Under the pieces are notes generated by a model. The model saw nothing but the letters and a program-made list of their open reading frames with translations, ran no database searches and was not told the DNA's origin. Positions 20,574 through 30,050 of a DNA stretch of 64,000 nt are shown one piece after another; position 1 is the stretch's first letter; each line of letters begins with the position of its first letter. The DNA is from Clostridia bacterium (GTDB lineage: Bacteria > Bacillota > Clostridia > TANB77 > CAG-508): NCBI GenBank assembly GCA_017510245.1, contig JAFWNQ010000013.1, positions 3,361 to 67,360 on the forward strand, in the 5' to 3' direction. The position numbers and the translations under genes are program-made.

Positions 20574-20810
20574 TTATTGTAATAGATCCTCATAAAGTCT
20601 AACTATTCCAACTCCAACAAAGGTAACTCCATACAGTGGACAGATGAAAAACAAAAATCCACCAACAAAAAGGAGTTCAATATCAACTAAAGGCCGAATA
20701 TGAAGCAAATAGTTGAGCGGACCTGCTGGAGAGAAAACGTAGTGCAAAAATAGAAGAATAACTCCAATGAATAGTTCAAAAACGTGTGCCTTAAAGTACT
20801 TCTTTTGCAT
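20574..20810 (-). CDS. Small integral membrane protein
   Basis: 78 aa with two predicted TM helices. Confidence 0.4.
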   Translation of the reverse strand: MQKKYFKAHVFELFIGVILLFLHYVFSPAGPLNYLLHIRPLVDIELLFVGGFLFFICPLYGVTFVGVGIVRLYEDLLQ

Positions 20811-20976
20811 TTTTTCCTCGATTCTGGTTTGAGTGGGAATAATCTAAAGAATTCCCAAATTTCAAAAATACGGTATTTTAATTATAACATATTTTGTTAA
20901 TAATTACAAATTTGGTTGACAATTACAACCTAATATGATAAAATTGGAAATGATTTTCAAATTACAAGGAGATGTT

Positions 20977-21363
20977 ATGAAAAAACTATATAGAACCGAG
21001 CAGAAAAAAATTATATATGATTTTCTTTTTGATAATGAAGATAAATTTGTGAGTGCTGAAGACATACTTGATTTTTTGAAAAAAAATAATCAGGAAGTAG
21101 GACTTACAACTATTTATAGATATTTGAATTATCTAGAAGAGAATAATAGTGTGAGAACTGAGATAAGAAATCACACAAAGTATTTTCAATACATCACAGA
21201 TGAATGCTGTAAACACTTTCATCTGAAATGTAAAAAATGTGGAAAAACAGTTCATCTGGATTGTAAAGAATTTGAAGATGTAAATGAACATATAATAAAT
21301 GAACATAAATTCAAAATTGACCATAACACAATAATTTATGGCATTTGTGAAAAATGTTGTTGA
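20977..21363 (+). CDS. zur: Fur-family zinc uptake regulator (Zur)
   Basis: N-terminal winged-helix region, C-terminal CxxC...CxxC zinc sites (CKKCGK...CEKCC). Directly precedes the znuACB genes. RBS AAGGAG. A possible operator (paired AATTACAA repeats) lies at 20893..20925. Confidence 0.75.
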   Translation: MKKLYRTEQKKIIYDFLFDNEDKFVSAEDILDFLKKNNQEVGLTTIYRYLNYLEENNSVRTEIRNHTKYFQYITDECCKHFHLKCKKCGKTVHLDCKEFEDVNEHIINEHKFKIDHNTIIYGICEKCC

Positions 21364-21377
21364 TAAGGAGATTATTA

Positions 21378-22346
21378 ATGAAAATAAGAAAGATAGTTTT
21401 TAGTATAATTGCATTTGCTATAATAGGATTGCTAGTATTCTTTTTATTATATGGTAGCAAGAAAAAAGAAATTAATAGTGAACAAAAAGTAAAATTGGTA
21501 TCTAGTAATTTTGCTAGTTATGATTTTTTAAGAGCAATCACAAAAGGTAATAATAACATTGAATTAGTATTCTTGATTGGACCGGGTAAAGAGGCTCACA
21601 GCTATGATCCAACAGCACAAGATCTAATTAAAATTGGTAATGCGGATTTATTTGTTTACATTGGTGGAGAAATGGAAAAATGGGCTGATAAAGTTTTAGA
21701 ATCAATGAATGACAAAAATGTTAATATTATGTGTATTGCTGATTTTGCAGATACGATAAAAGAGCAAGAAGTTGATGGTGCAGAAGAAGAGAAAGAGAAA
21801 GAGGAGGAAGAAGAAGGAGCTTTTGATGAACATATTTGGAGTTCACCCAATAATGCAATAAAGATGATAAATGCTTTAGAAGAAAAAATGGAAGAAATTG
21901 ATGCTGAAAACTCAGATTTGTATCGTAAAAACGCAGATGAGTATATAAATGAAATACATGAAGTAGACAATAGAATTCAAAGCATCATAGATAATAAAAA
22001 AAGAGATAGACTTATATTTGGAGACAAAATGCCGATGCAGTATTTTATAAACTATTATAACTTAAAAGTGAGTGCTGCTTTCTCAGGATGTAGTACTGAA
22101 ACTGAGCCATCAGCTAGTACAATAACATATTTAGAAAAGATAGTAAAAGAACAACAAATCCCAGTAGTTTTATATATAGAACTAAATAACGGGAGAGTAG
22201 CAAAAACAATAGCTAATGAAACAGGAGCAGAAGCTTTACAAATACAAACATTGCATAATGTAAGCTTAGATGATTTTAATAATGGAGAAACATGGATAAG
22301 TTTAATGAATAGAAACATAGAAGTACTTAGTAAGGCATTACAATAA
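21378..22346 (+). CDS. znuA: Zinc ABC transporter substrate-binding lipoprotein (ZnuA-like) with acidic Glu-rich loop
   Basis: TroA-like fold signature and a charged loop EEEKEKEEEEEGAFDEH. Signal peptide/TM at the N-terminus. Operon with zur/znuCB. Confidence 0.75.
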   Translation: MKIRKIVFSIIAFAIIGLLVFFLLYGSKKKEINSEQKVKLVSSNFASYDFLRAITKGNNNIELVFLIGPGKEAHSYDPTAQDLIKIGNADLFVYIGGEMEKWADKVLESMNDKNVNIMCIADFADTIKEQEVDGAEEEKEKEEEEEGAFDEHIWSSPNNAIKMINALEEKMEEIDAENSDLYRKNADEYINEIHEVDNRIQSIIDNKKRDRLIFGDKMPMQYFINYYNLKVSAAFSGCSTETEPSASTITYLEKIVKEQQIPVVLYIELNNGRVAKTIANETGAEALQIQTLHNVSLDDFNNGETWISLMNRNIEVLSKALQ

Positions 22347-22426
22347 GAATTAAGATAATAAATAGCTGACTAAACTTAATAATTCTATTTTAAATTCATA
22401 CAAAAATAATATGAAAGGAATTGAAA

Positions 22427-23104
22427 ATGAATTTAATTGAAGTTAGAAAACTAAATTATAGTTATCCAACTAAAAAGAATACACTGAAAAATATTAGCTT
22501 TGAAGTTGAAGAAGGAAGCATTACATGTATTGTTGGAGAAAATGGATCTGGAAAAAGCACATTGATTAAGTGTATTCTAGGATTGATAAAAGGATACACT
22601 GGTGAGATTTCCAAGGATACTACTATTGGATATTTACCACAGAAAAGTGCAATTCAATCAAGTTTTCCTGCAACAATAGAAGAGGTTGTTTTATCTGGAA
22701 CTATATCTAGAAATGTTAGAAGTATTTTTTATAAAAAAGATGATAAAGAAGTTGCAAATGAAATAATGAAGAAATTAAGAATTTATGATATTAGAAAAAA
22801 AAGCTTTTCAGATTTATCAGGAGGGCAACAACAAAGAGTTTTAATTGCAAGGAGCTTATGTGCAAGCAAAAAATTAATTATTTTAGATGAACCAACAAAT
22901 GGACTTGATCCAAGCATTGCAATTCAAATCTATAAATTACTTAGTGATTTAAGAAAAAAAGAGGGATTGACTGTTTTAATGGTTTCACACGATATTGAAA
23001 GAGCACTAAAATATGCTGATAAAGTAATAGAAATAAAAAATGGACAGATATCATATGAGGGACAACCTTCGGAATATAAGCTAGGAGGTGAAAAAAATGT
23101 TTAG
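22427..23104 (+). CDS. znuC: Zinc ABC transporter ATP-binding protein (ZnuC-like)
   Basis: Walker A GENGSGKST, signature LSGGQQQR, Walker B ILDEPT. Confidence 0.8.
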   Translation: MNLIEVRKLNYSYPTKKNTLKNISFEVEEGSITCIVGENGSGKSTLIKCILGLIKGYTGEISKDTTIGYLPQKSAIQSSFPATIEEVVLSGTISRNVRSIFYKKDDKEVANEIMKKLRIYDIRKKSFSDLSGGQQQRVLIARSLCASKKLIILDEPTNGLDPSIAIQIYKLLSDLRKKEGLTVLMVSHDIERALKYADKVIEIKNGQISYEGQPSEYKLGGEKNV

Positions 23105-23918
23105 CACAGTAGTTGAAATGATGTCTCATGTATTTATTCAAAGGGCAATTTTAGTTGGAATACTTGTAAGTTTGTGTGCTGCATTACTAGGTGTCAGTTT
23201 AGTTTTGAAAAGGTATAGCATGATTGGAGATGGTCTTTCTCATGTTGGATTTGGAATAATGACAGTTTCATCCGCAATTGGAGTTGCAACTCCACTATAT
23301 ATTGCTATTCCGGGAGTAACAGTTTGTGCAATACTACTATTAAAAATAGGAAACAGTAAAAAGATAAAAAGTGATAGTAGTATCGCTTTAATCTCAAGCA
23401 CAGCATTAGCTATAGGTGTTGCTGTTACATCAGTTACAACAGGTATGAATACTGATATATGTAACTTTATGTTCGGAAGCATCTTAGCAATGAGCAAAAG
23501 TGATGTAATGATAAGCGTAATTGTAAGTATTATTGTTGCTATTTTATTTATAATCTATTATAGAAAACTATTTGCTGTAACTTTTGATGAAGAATTTGCA
23601 AAAGCAAGTGGTCTTAAGTCTAATAGATATACAAGTCTAATTGCAGTTCTTACTGCATTAATAATAGTAGTAGGAATGAGAATGATGGGCGTAATGTTGA
23701 TTAGCAGTATAATTATTTTTCCTGCACTTACATCAATGAGAGTTTTTAAATCTTTTAAAAGTGTTGTAATTAGTTCAGGAGCTGTTAGTGTTATTTCTTT
23801 TCTAGTAGGAATATATCTTGCTTATATATATAATATAAGCACAGGGGCAACAATAGTACTTGTTAATCTAATGCTATTTATTTTATTTTCAATTATAGAA
23901 AAAATAATACATGAATAG
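23088..23918 (+). CDS. znuB: Zinc/manganese ABC transporter permease (ZnuB-like)
   Basis: 276 aa polytopic membrane protein. Its start overlaps the znuC stop (translational coupling). Confidence 0.75.
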   Translation: MKKMFSTVVEMMSHVFIQRAILVGILVSLCAALLGVSLVLKRYSMIGDGLSHVGFGIMTVSSAIGVATPLYIAIPGVTVCAILLLKIGNSKKIKSDSSIALISSTALAIGVAVTSVTTGMNTDICNFMFGSILAMSKSDVMISVIVSIIVAILFIIYYRKLFAVTFDEEFAKASGLKSNRYTSLIAVLTALIIVVGMRMMGVMLISSIIIFPALTSMRVFKSFKSVVISSGAVSVISFLVGIYLAYIYNISTGATIVLVNLMLFILFSIIEKIIHE

Positions 23919-23955
23919 AAGAATGTTAGTATCTATGGAAAGGAATGATATTAAA

Positions 23956-24558
23956 ATGAAAAAAATACTATGGATTGTCTTGTTATTAATTATAATTGGA
24001 GGAAGCATTGTATTCTTAACACTGAAACCTAAAGCCGCAAGTGAGAATAATGATACAAATGGAATTGAATTCAATAAAAGTAACAATAATGAGAATAATG
24101 AAACTGAACAATCAGAAAATAGTAAAGAGTATAGCAAAATAGAACTATCAGATGGAATTCTATATGCTGTAGATGGAGAACAATTAAAATCTGATTTTGT
24201 TTTAGGAGATAATTATTTTGATACTACAATAAGTGATATGTATGTAAATCCAGAAGATTACTATGATATGAACATTGAAATTGAAGGTATGTACCTTACA
24301 GACGGAACATATACTTCTGTTGGAAGATATTCTACATCAAGCTTATGTGCTTATTGCCCAGCAGGTTATTCTTTTATAGAATACCAGCTAGATGGAGAAA
24401 TAGATAAAGAATTAAAAGCGGAAGAAGACTGGATTAAAGTTATAGGAAAACTAAGGAAAGGTAATGATGAATCATCCTTTTACCAGGATTATTTTTATAT
24501 TGAAGCTTTAAATATAGAGATAATGAATAATAAAGGAAATGATACGGTAAATAATTAA
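23956..24558 (+). CDS. Membrane-anchored secreted hypothetical protein
   Basis: MKKILWIVLLLIIIGGSIVFL signal/anchor, an Asn/Glu-rich linker and a Cys-containing domain (CAYCPAGY). Confidence 0.5.
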   Translation: MKKILWIVLLLIIIGGSIVFLTLKPKAASENNDTNGIEFNKSNNNENNETEQSENSKEYSKIELSDGILYAVDGEQLKSDFVLGDNYFDTTISDMYVNPEDYYDMNIEIEGMYLTDGTYTSVGRYSTSSLCAYCPAGYSFIEYQLDGEIDKELKAEEDWIKVIGKLRKGNDESSFYQDYFYIEALNIEIMNNKGNDTVNN

Positions 24559-24597
24559 TAAAAATGAATTTGTTGCTTTAAGAAAGGATTAATAACA

Positions 24598-25563
24598 ATG
24601 AATAAGTATGTTTGTAAAATAGCAACAAAAGATGAAATAATTGAGAAATTCAATTATGAAATAGAAAAACATCCAAATGATAATAGATGGTCAATATGGA
24701 AAAATGAGGCATTGCAATGGTATAAACAAGGAAAAATAATTGTATATATTGGAATTCTAAATGGAGAAATTATTACCGAAGCTACTGCAATAATAGATAA
24801 GACAGCAGTTCAAAATGCAGGCGAAAAAATGGACGATGATGAATTAGTAAATAGTACTATGGCATATTTAAGTGCTTTTAGAACTAAAGCTGAATATGAA
24901 GGCAAGGGATATTTTTCAAGACTATACAAGTATATGGAGAATGATCTAAAAGGTAAAGGATACAAGCGTCTTTCACTTGGAGTCGAGCCAAAAGAAGTTA
25001 GAAATATGAAAATTTATTTCAATTGGGGCTTTGACAGATTCATAAAAACTGCATATGAAACATATCCACCAAAAAATGATTATGTTGATGAAGAAAGCAT
25101 TTTAGTTAATTATTATTATAAAGATTTAGAAGATGTTGCAAAAATATATAAATTGAAATATAATAAGAGTACAAAAAAAGGTGGAGGAAAGAAAATGAGA
25201 AAAATAGTATTTTATAGATGTAATGAATGTGGTAAAATTGAATGTGTGATTGATGGAGAAAACAAAGAATTGATGTGTTGCGGAAAGCCAATGGAAGAAT
25301 TAAAACCAAATACAGTAGATGCAGCAGTTGAAAAACACGTTCCAGTATACGAAGAAGATGGTGATATGATAAAAGTAAAAGTAGGTGATGTAGAGCATCC
25401 TATGACAGAAGAGCATTATATTATGTGGATAGCTTACTTTGATAATAGCAAAGTATTCTTGAAAAGGTTAAATCCAACAGATAAACCAGAAGCTGAATTT
25501 AAAAAGACAGATTTATTTGAAATATATGCATTTTGCAATTTACATGGACTTTGGAAAAAATAG
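24598..25563 (+). CDS. dfx: In-frame fusion ORF: GNAT-like acetyltransferase N-terminal domain + desulfoferrodoxin (superoxide reductase) C-terminal module
   Basis: The C-terminal 122 aa carry the desulforedoxin site CNECGKIE...CCGKPM and the SOR centre EKHVPV...HPMTEEHYIMWIAYF...C..H. An internal RBS AGGTGGAGGAAAG lies 7 nt before an in-frame ATG at 25195. The N-terminal ~199 aa carry the GNAT motif-A-like RTKAEYEGKGYFSRL. Confidence 0.7.
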   Translation: MNKYVCKIATKDEIIEKFNYEIEKHPNDNRWSIWKNEALQWYKQGKIIVYIGILNGEIITEATAIIDKTAVQNAGEKMDDDELVNSTMAYLSAFRTKAEYEGKGYFSRLYKYMENDLKGKGYKRLSLGVEPKEVRNMKIYFNWGFDRFIKTAYETYPPKNDYVDEESILVNYYYKDLEDVAKIYKLKYNKSTKKGGGKKMRKIVFYRCNECGKIECVIDGENKELMCCGKPMEELKPNTVDAAVEKHVPVYEEDGDMIKVKVGDVEHPMTEEHYIMWIAYFDNSKVFLKRLNPTDKPEAEFKKTDLFEIYAFCNLHGLWKK

Positions 25564-25566
25564 GGG

Positions 25567-25594
25567 TTGACAATTATGTAAATTATGGTATAAT
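25567..25594 (+). promoter_or_regulatory. Promoter (TTGACA-16-TGgTATAAT) of the ABC-2 transporter operon
   Basis: Consensus -35 and extended -10. Confidence 0.5.
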
Positions 25595-25678
25595 AGTATT
25601 ATATTGAATAAAGTGAGTATGTATAGATTTTTAAATCGAGCTACATAGAAGTTTAAAACTTTACACGTTAATAATAAC

Positions 25679-25719
25679 GGAGTCACGATTAAAATGTTAA
25701 TCGTGGCTCTGTTTGTTTT
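25679..25719 (+). terminator. Leader terminator/attenuator upstream of the ABC-2 transporter
   Basis: GGAGTCACGATTAA-aatg-TTAATCGTGGCTC (13-bp stem, one G-U) followed by TGTTTGTTTT, 50 nt before the ABC ATPase start. Confidence 0.5.
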
Positions 25720-25768
25720 AAATTAAGATTAAATCCATAATTGAAGAATACTAAAGGGGGATAAGAAA

Positions 25769-26575
25769 ATGGAAAAAAATAATGTAATTGAAGTTGAAAA
25801 TTTGAAGAAAAATTTTATAGTTAAGCAAAAGGAAAAGGGATTTAAAGGAAGTTTAAAGTCAATATTTAAACCAAAACTAAAAGTTGTAAAAGCTGTTAAT
25901 AATATTAGCTTTAATGTTGAAGAGGGAGAGATGTTAGCTTTTATTGGTCCAAATGGTGCAGGAAAATCTACAACAATAAAAATGTTAACAGGAATATTGT
26001 ACCCTGATAGTGGCAGAATTAAAGTACTTAATATTGATCCAACAAAACAGAGAAAAAAGTTAGCATATAAAATAGGAACTGTGTTTGGACAAAAGGAACA
26101 ATTATGGATGCATCTAACTCCATATGATAATTTTAAATTCTTTGGAGCTATATATGACTTATCTAAAGAAGAAACAGAAAAAAGAATTGAAGAGATCAAT
26201 AGTTTGTTTGATCTAAGCAAATTTATTAATACACCAGTAAGAAATCTAAGTTTAGGACAAAGAATATTATGTGAAATCGCAGCATCTCTAATACATAAAC
26301 CTAGAATACTATTTTTAGATGAGCCAACAATTGGTCTAGATCCTGTTGTAAAGGAATCAATTAGAAAACTAATTAAAAAAATGAATAAAGAATACAAAAC
26401 TACTATTTTTTTGACAAGTCATGATATCTCAGATATAGAAAAATTATGTAAGAGAGTGATAATTGTTAATAATGGAAAAATAGTTTTAGACGATCAATTA
26501 ATAAATTTAAAGAAACAAGAAGGCACTTTAGAAGAGATTATTAGTAAAATTTATAAAGGAGAAAAAACAAAATGA
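25769..26575 (+). CDS. ABC transporter ATP-binding protein (ABC-2 exporter type)
   Basis: Walker A GPNGAGKST, signature LSLGQRIL, Walker B LFLDEPTIGLD. Confidence 0.85.
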   Translation: MEKNNVIEVENLKKNFIVKQKEKGFKGSLKSIFKPKLKVVKAVNNISFNVEEGEMLAFIGPNGAGKSTTIKMLTGILYPDSGRIKVLNIDPTKQRKKLAYKIGTVFGQKEQLWMHLTPYDNFKFFGAIYDLSKEETEKRIEEINSLFDLSKFINTPVRNLSLGQRILCEIAASLIHKPRILFLDEPTIGLDPVVKESIRKLIKKMNKEYKTTIFLTSHDISDIEKLCKRVIIVNNGKIVLDDQLINLKKQEGTLEEIISKIYKGEKTK

Positions 26576-27363
26576 GAAAATATACAGTGATATACATGGC
26601 TAATTTAATGAGTAACTTACAGTATATGGCTAATATTATTATTAATTCGCTAGGATTTATAGTTCATATATTTATTTTCTTTCATGTTTGGAATTATATA
26701 TATGAAAATCCAGCAGAATTGATTTATGGTTTTAGTAAGACTCAAATGGTATGGTATGTAACTATTACAGAAATAATTTTTTGTAGTGTAGCAGGAAGGA
26801 GAATGGTAAGAACAATTTGTAATGAAGTTAGAAGTGGAAATGTTGCCTACAATATTAATAAACCATATAGTTATGTAGGATATATAATGTTTAGCAATTT
26901 AGGAGAAGTAACAATTAGACTAGTTTTTTACGTAATGATTGGTTTAGGATTAGGTATTACATTTTTAGGAAGTATACCAACAATAACAATAATTGAGGGA
27001 ATAGTAATTGCAATATCGTGGATTCTATCGATAATAATTAATATGTTATTTCTAACTTTTATTGGATTACTTGCTTTTATTATGGAAGATTCTAATCCGA
27101 TGTATTGGTTATACAGCAAAATGCAACTTATTTTTGGAATTGTATTTCCATTAGAGTTCTTCCCAACAGCTATACAGCCTATAATTAAAATTAGTCCAAT
27201 ATTTGTTACTAGCTATGGACCAGCTAAATTATTTATTGACTTTAATTGGAGATTTGCAATAATTGTTATTCTTGCACAAATAGCTTATTTGCTAATAAGT
27301 TTGGGTCTTTGTAAACTGATGTACATGAAAGGGGTGAAAAAACTAAATGTTAATGGAGGTTAA
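26572..27363 (+). CDS. ABC-2 family transporter permease
   Basis: 263 aa, six TM segments. Overlaps the neighbouring genes by 4 nt and 17 nt. Confidence 0.7.
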   Translation: MRKYTVIYMANLMSNLQYMANIIINSLGFIVHIFIFFHVWNYIYENPAELIYGFSKTQMVWYVTITEIIFCSVAGRRMVRTICNEVRSGNVAYNINKPYSYVGYIMFSNLGEVTIRLVFYVMIGLGLGITFLGSIPTITIIEGIVIAISWILSIIINMLFLTFIGLLAFIMEDSNPMYWLYSKMQLIFGIVFPLEFFPTAIQPIIKISPIFVTSYGPAKLFIDFNWRFAIIVILAQIAYLLISLGLCKLMYMKGVKKLNVNGG

Positions 27364-28141
27364 AAATCAAATAAACGTTACACTAAAATCTATTAAGTAT
27401 TCTATTATGAAGGAGATGTTGAATAAAGGAACATTCCTAATGAATATATTTTTTATGATTTTGAATGATGCAAGTTTTATTATTCAATGGATTATAATAT
27501 ACAACATAAAAGAAGATGTTGGAGGTTATACATTTAACCAAGTATTACTACTATGGGGAATAGCAGCAGGTATTTTTGGTGTTTCAAGGTTTTTGTTTAA
27601 AAATGCTTTTCATTTATCAGATTTTATTACAAATGGAAAACTTGATAGTTACTTAGTACAACCTAAAAATGTTTTGCTTGCAGTAATTAGTTCTTCTTCT
27701 GATTCTTCAGCACTGGGAGATATATTTTATGGATATATTCTGGTATTTCTTAGTGGATTTACTGTTATAAAGTTTTTGCTATTTACACTTTTTATGATTA
27801 CAGGGGCAATAATAGTAACAGATATCGCTATAATATTAGGAAGTTTAAGCTTTTGGATTAATAGAAGTGATATTTTAGCAGACACAGGAAATGGTTTAAT
27901 GACTAATTTTGCAACATATCCTGATGGAATATTTAAAGGAAGCGCAAGAGCAATGCTATATTCTATTATTCCAGTTGGAGTTACTGTATATATGCCTGTT
28001 CAAGTATTAACTTCATTTAACTATAGTATGTTTTTTATAATAAATGTAATCACATTAATACTTACATTTTTTACTTTTTTTATTTTTTATAAAGGATTAA
28101 GGAAATATAGTTCAAGTAACTTAATGTTTTCAAAAATATAG
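27347..28141 (+). CDS. ABC-2 family transporter permease (second subunit)
   Basis: 264 aa polytopic membrane protein, paralogous architecture to 26572..27363. Confidence 0.7.
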   Translation: MLMEVKNQINVTLKSIKYSIMKEMLNKGTFLMNIFFMILNDASFIIQWIIIYNIKEDVGGYTFNQVLLLWGIAAGIFGVSRFLFKNAFHLSDFITNGKLDSYLVQPKNVLLAVISSSSDSSALGDIFYGYILVFLSGFTVIKFLLFTLFMITGAIIVTDIAIILGSLSFWINRSDILADTGNGLMTNFATYPDGIFKGSARAMLYSIIPVGVTVYMPVQVLTSFNYSMFFIINVITLILTFFTFFIFYKGLRKYSSSNLMFSKI

Positions 28142-28142
28142 A

Positions 28143-28170
28143 AAGTGGGATTATTTTTTAATTCCCACTT
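28143..28170 (+). terminator. Rho-independent terminator
   Basis: AGTGGGAtT-attttttA-ATTCCCACT hairpin. Confidence 0.5.
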
Positions 28171-28310
28171 CTATTACTTTATAACAATATTGACCATCTG
28201 GGCGACAAGTTTACTTAGATATATCAATTATTTTCTAATTTAGTAAAAAAATGTTGCTTTTTTTTATTTATTTGATATAATATAAACATCTGAATTAGGG
28301 AGGATAAGAG

Positions 28311-28811
28311 ATGAAAAAGATACTGTTTAATGTACTAGTAATCATCTATGTAGTAATTGCAATATTTACGACAATGTGCTTATTAAATTACAATGAGTAC
28401 AAGGTTTCACAATTTGGAGATAAAACACTAGTTATCATTGATAAGGATGAAGAAGGTATAGATTATAAAAAAGGAGACTTAGTAATTGTTGATAAAAAGG
28501 GGTATGAGTCAGCGAATGAAGGAGATACCTTAATTTTCTATGAAAATGATGGAATAAAAATTACTAAGATATTAAAGAAAAATGACTTTGGGGATGCAGG
28601 AATAACATTTACAATTGATGGAAATTATCAGGTTGTTCATGAAAATGTTATTGGAATAGCTAAAAATGCAAAAGTTATTAGTAAGGTTGGAGGAATATTA
28701 GGCTTACTTCAATCAAAATGGGGCTTTTTATTCTTGATAGTATTCCCTTCACTTTTAGCATTTTTACATCAAGTATATGAACTAATACTTGAATTATCTA
28801 ATAAAGAATAA
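28311..28811 (+). CDS. Degenerate SipW-like (S26) signal peptidase paralog lacking the catalytic Ser and His
   Basis: SipW topology (N- and C-terminal TM) and GDLVIV box are kept. The catalytic SGSMEP is replaced by SQFGDK. The ITHR His motif is replaced by IKITKI. Confidence 0.55.
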   Translation: MKKILFNVLVIIYVVIAIFTTMCLLNYNEYKVSQFGDKTLVIIDKDEEGIDYKKGDLVIVDKKGYESANEGDTLIFYENDGIKITKILKKNDFGDAGITFTIDGNYQVVHENVIGIAKNAKVISKVGGILGLLQSKWGFLFLIVFPSLLAFLHQVYELILELSNKE

Positions 28812-28827
28812 TATCAAAGGAATAAGT

Positions 28828-29445
28828 ATGAAGAAAACATGGTTTTTAGTAGGAGCACTCATGTTGCTAATTACAACATATGAAATAATAAGTTCATATG
28901 CGAAGTATACATCGGAAGCTACTGGAACAATAGAAAAAAATGCTGGAGCATGGATGATTAAAGTAAATGATAGTAATATTGCTACCGGCAATTTGGAAAC
29001 AACATTTAATATTGATAGTTTAACATATCCATCTAATGATTTAGTGGCTGAGAATAAAATAGCACCATCATCTAGTGGATATTTTGATGTAGAGATAGAT
29101 GCAACTGGTAGTAGTGTAGCTGTTAGATATGATATAACACTAGACACGGCACAAATGAATATTAGCGAAGGAATACATTTTCAAAATGCTTACAAAGTTG
29201 TAAATAATTCTGAAGTTTCAGAAGGAATTATAAGAACTGGCGCAAATACATATTCTGGAATAATATCTTTGAACAGCATACAAAATGGTGAAAAATGTAA
29301 ATTACGTTTTTATATAGGTTGGGATGAAGATGAGTCTGGAGAGTCAGATGAAAACGACTCAGTATTAGGTCATTTAAAAGATATTTCAACATCTCTGCCA
29401 GTTGAAGTTGTTGTTACACAGTATTTAGGAGAAGAAATATCTTAA
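28828..29445 (+). CDS. TasA/camelysin-family secreted protein with SipW-cognate-class signal peptide
   Basis: MKKTWFLVGALMLLITTYEIISSYAKYTSEATG signal. RBS AAGGAATAAGT. Confidence 0.7.
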   Translation: MKKTWFLVGALMLLITTYEIISSYAKYTSEATGTIEKNAGAWMIKVNDSNIATGNLETTFNIDSLTYPSNDLVAENKIAPSSSGYFDVEIDATGSSVAVRYDITLDTAQMNISEGIHFQNAYKVVNNSEVSEGIIRTGANTYSGIISLNSIQNGEKCKLRFYIGWDEDESGESDENDSVLGHLKDISTSLPVEVVVTQYLGEEIS

Positions 29446-29459
29446 TCTTTGGAGAAAAT

Positions 29460-30050
29460 ATGGATTTAATAAACAAAATAGTAAAAATTTTTTTTAATAT
29501 AATACTATCATTAACTGTATTAATATTTATAATTGTAGTTTATAACTTTTTTCAAATTGAAATTCTAAAGAAAGACTATACTGCTTTTTTTGGATATACT
29601 TCATTTGAAGTAGTAAGTGGAAGCATGTCAGAAACAATAGAAATAGATGATTTGGTAATAGTTAAAATAACAGATGACTTGCAAGAAAATGACATAATCT
29701 CTTTTAAAGATAATGATGAAATAATAACACATAGACTAATTAAAATTGATGAAAATACACTTTATACAAAAGGAGATGCTAATAACTCAGAAGATAAAAC
29801 AATAGATAAATCTCAAGTTATTGGAAAAGTAATAAAAGTATTACCCAGATTTGGAATTTGGGTAAAAGTTTTTTCAGACACAAAAGTTATAATATCGATA
29901 ATTATAACATTATTGCTATTTGGATTTGCAATAGAGAAAGAAGAGAATAAAGATATAACTGATTCAAAAGAAAAAAAATCTTTATATAGGTTTATGAGAA
30001 ATAGGAGAGAAAAGAAGAATGGGAAGAGCGAGGAGAAGGGAGAAAGCTAG
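29460..30050 (+). CDS. sipW: Signal peptidase I, SipW type (archaeal/ER-like S26B)
   Basis: Catalytic VVSGSMSETIEIDDLVIV and IITHRLI motifs. C-terminal TM plus a Lys/Glu/Arg-rich tail. Confidence 0.8.
   Translation: MDLINKIVKIFFNIILSLTVLIFIIVVYNFFQIEILKKDYTAFFGYTSFEVVSGSMSETIEIDDLVIVKITDDLQENDIISFKDNDEIITHRLIKIDENTLYTKGDANNSEDKTIDKSQVIGKVIKVLPRFGIWVKVFSDTKVIISIIITLLLFGFAIEKEENKDITDSKEKKSLYRFMRNRREKKNGKSEEKGES

Noticed and set aside
20893-20925. Possible Zur operator (aataATTACAAatttggttgacAATTACAAcc) upstream of zur
   Set aside because: The direct and inverted AATTACAA repeats are suggestive but do not match a known Zur-box consensus that I can state with confidence. It is mentioned only in the zur feature evidence.
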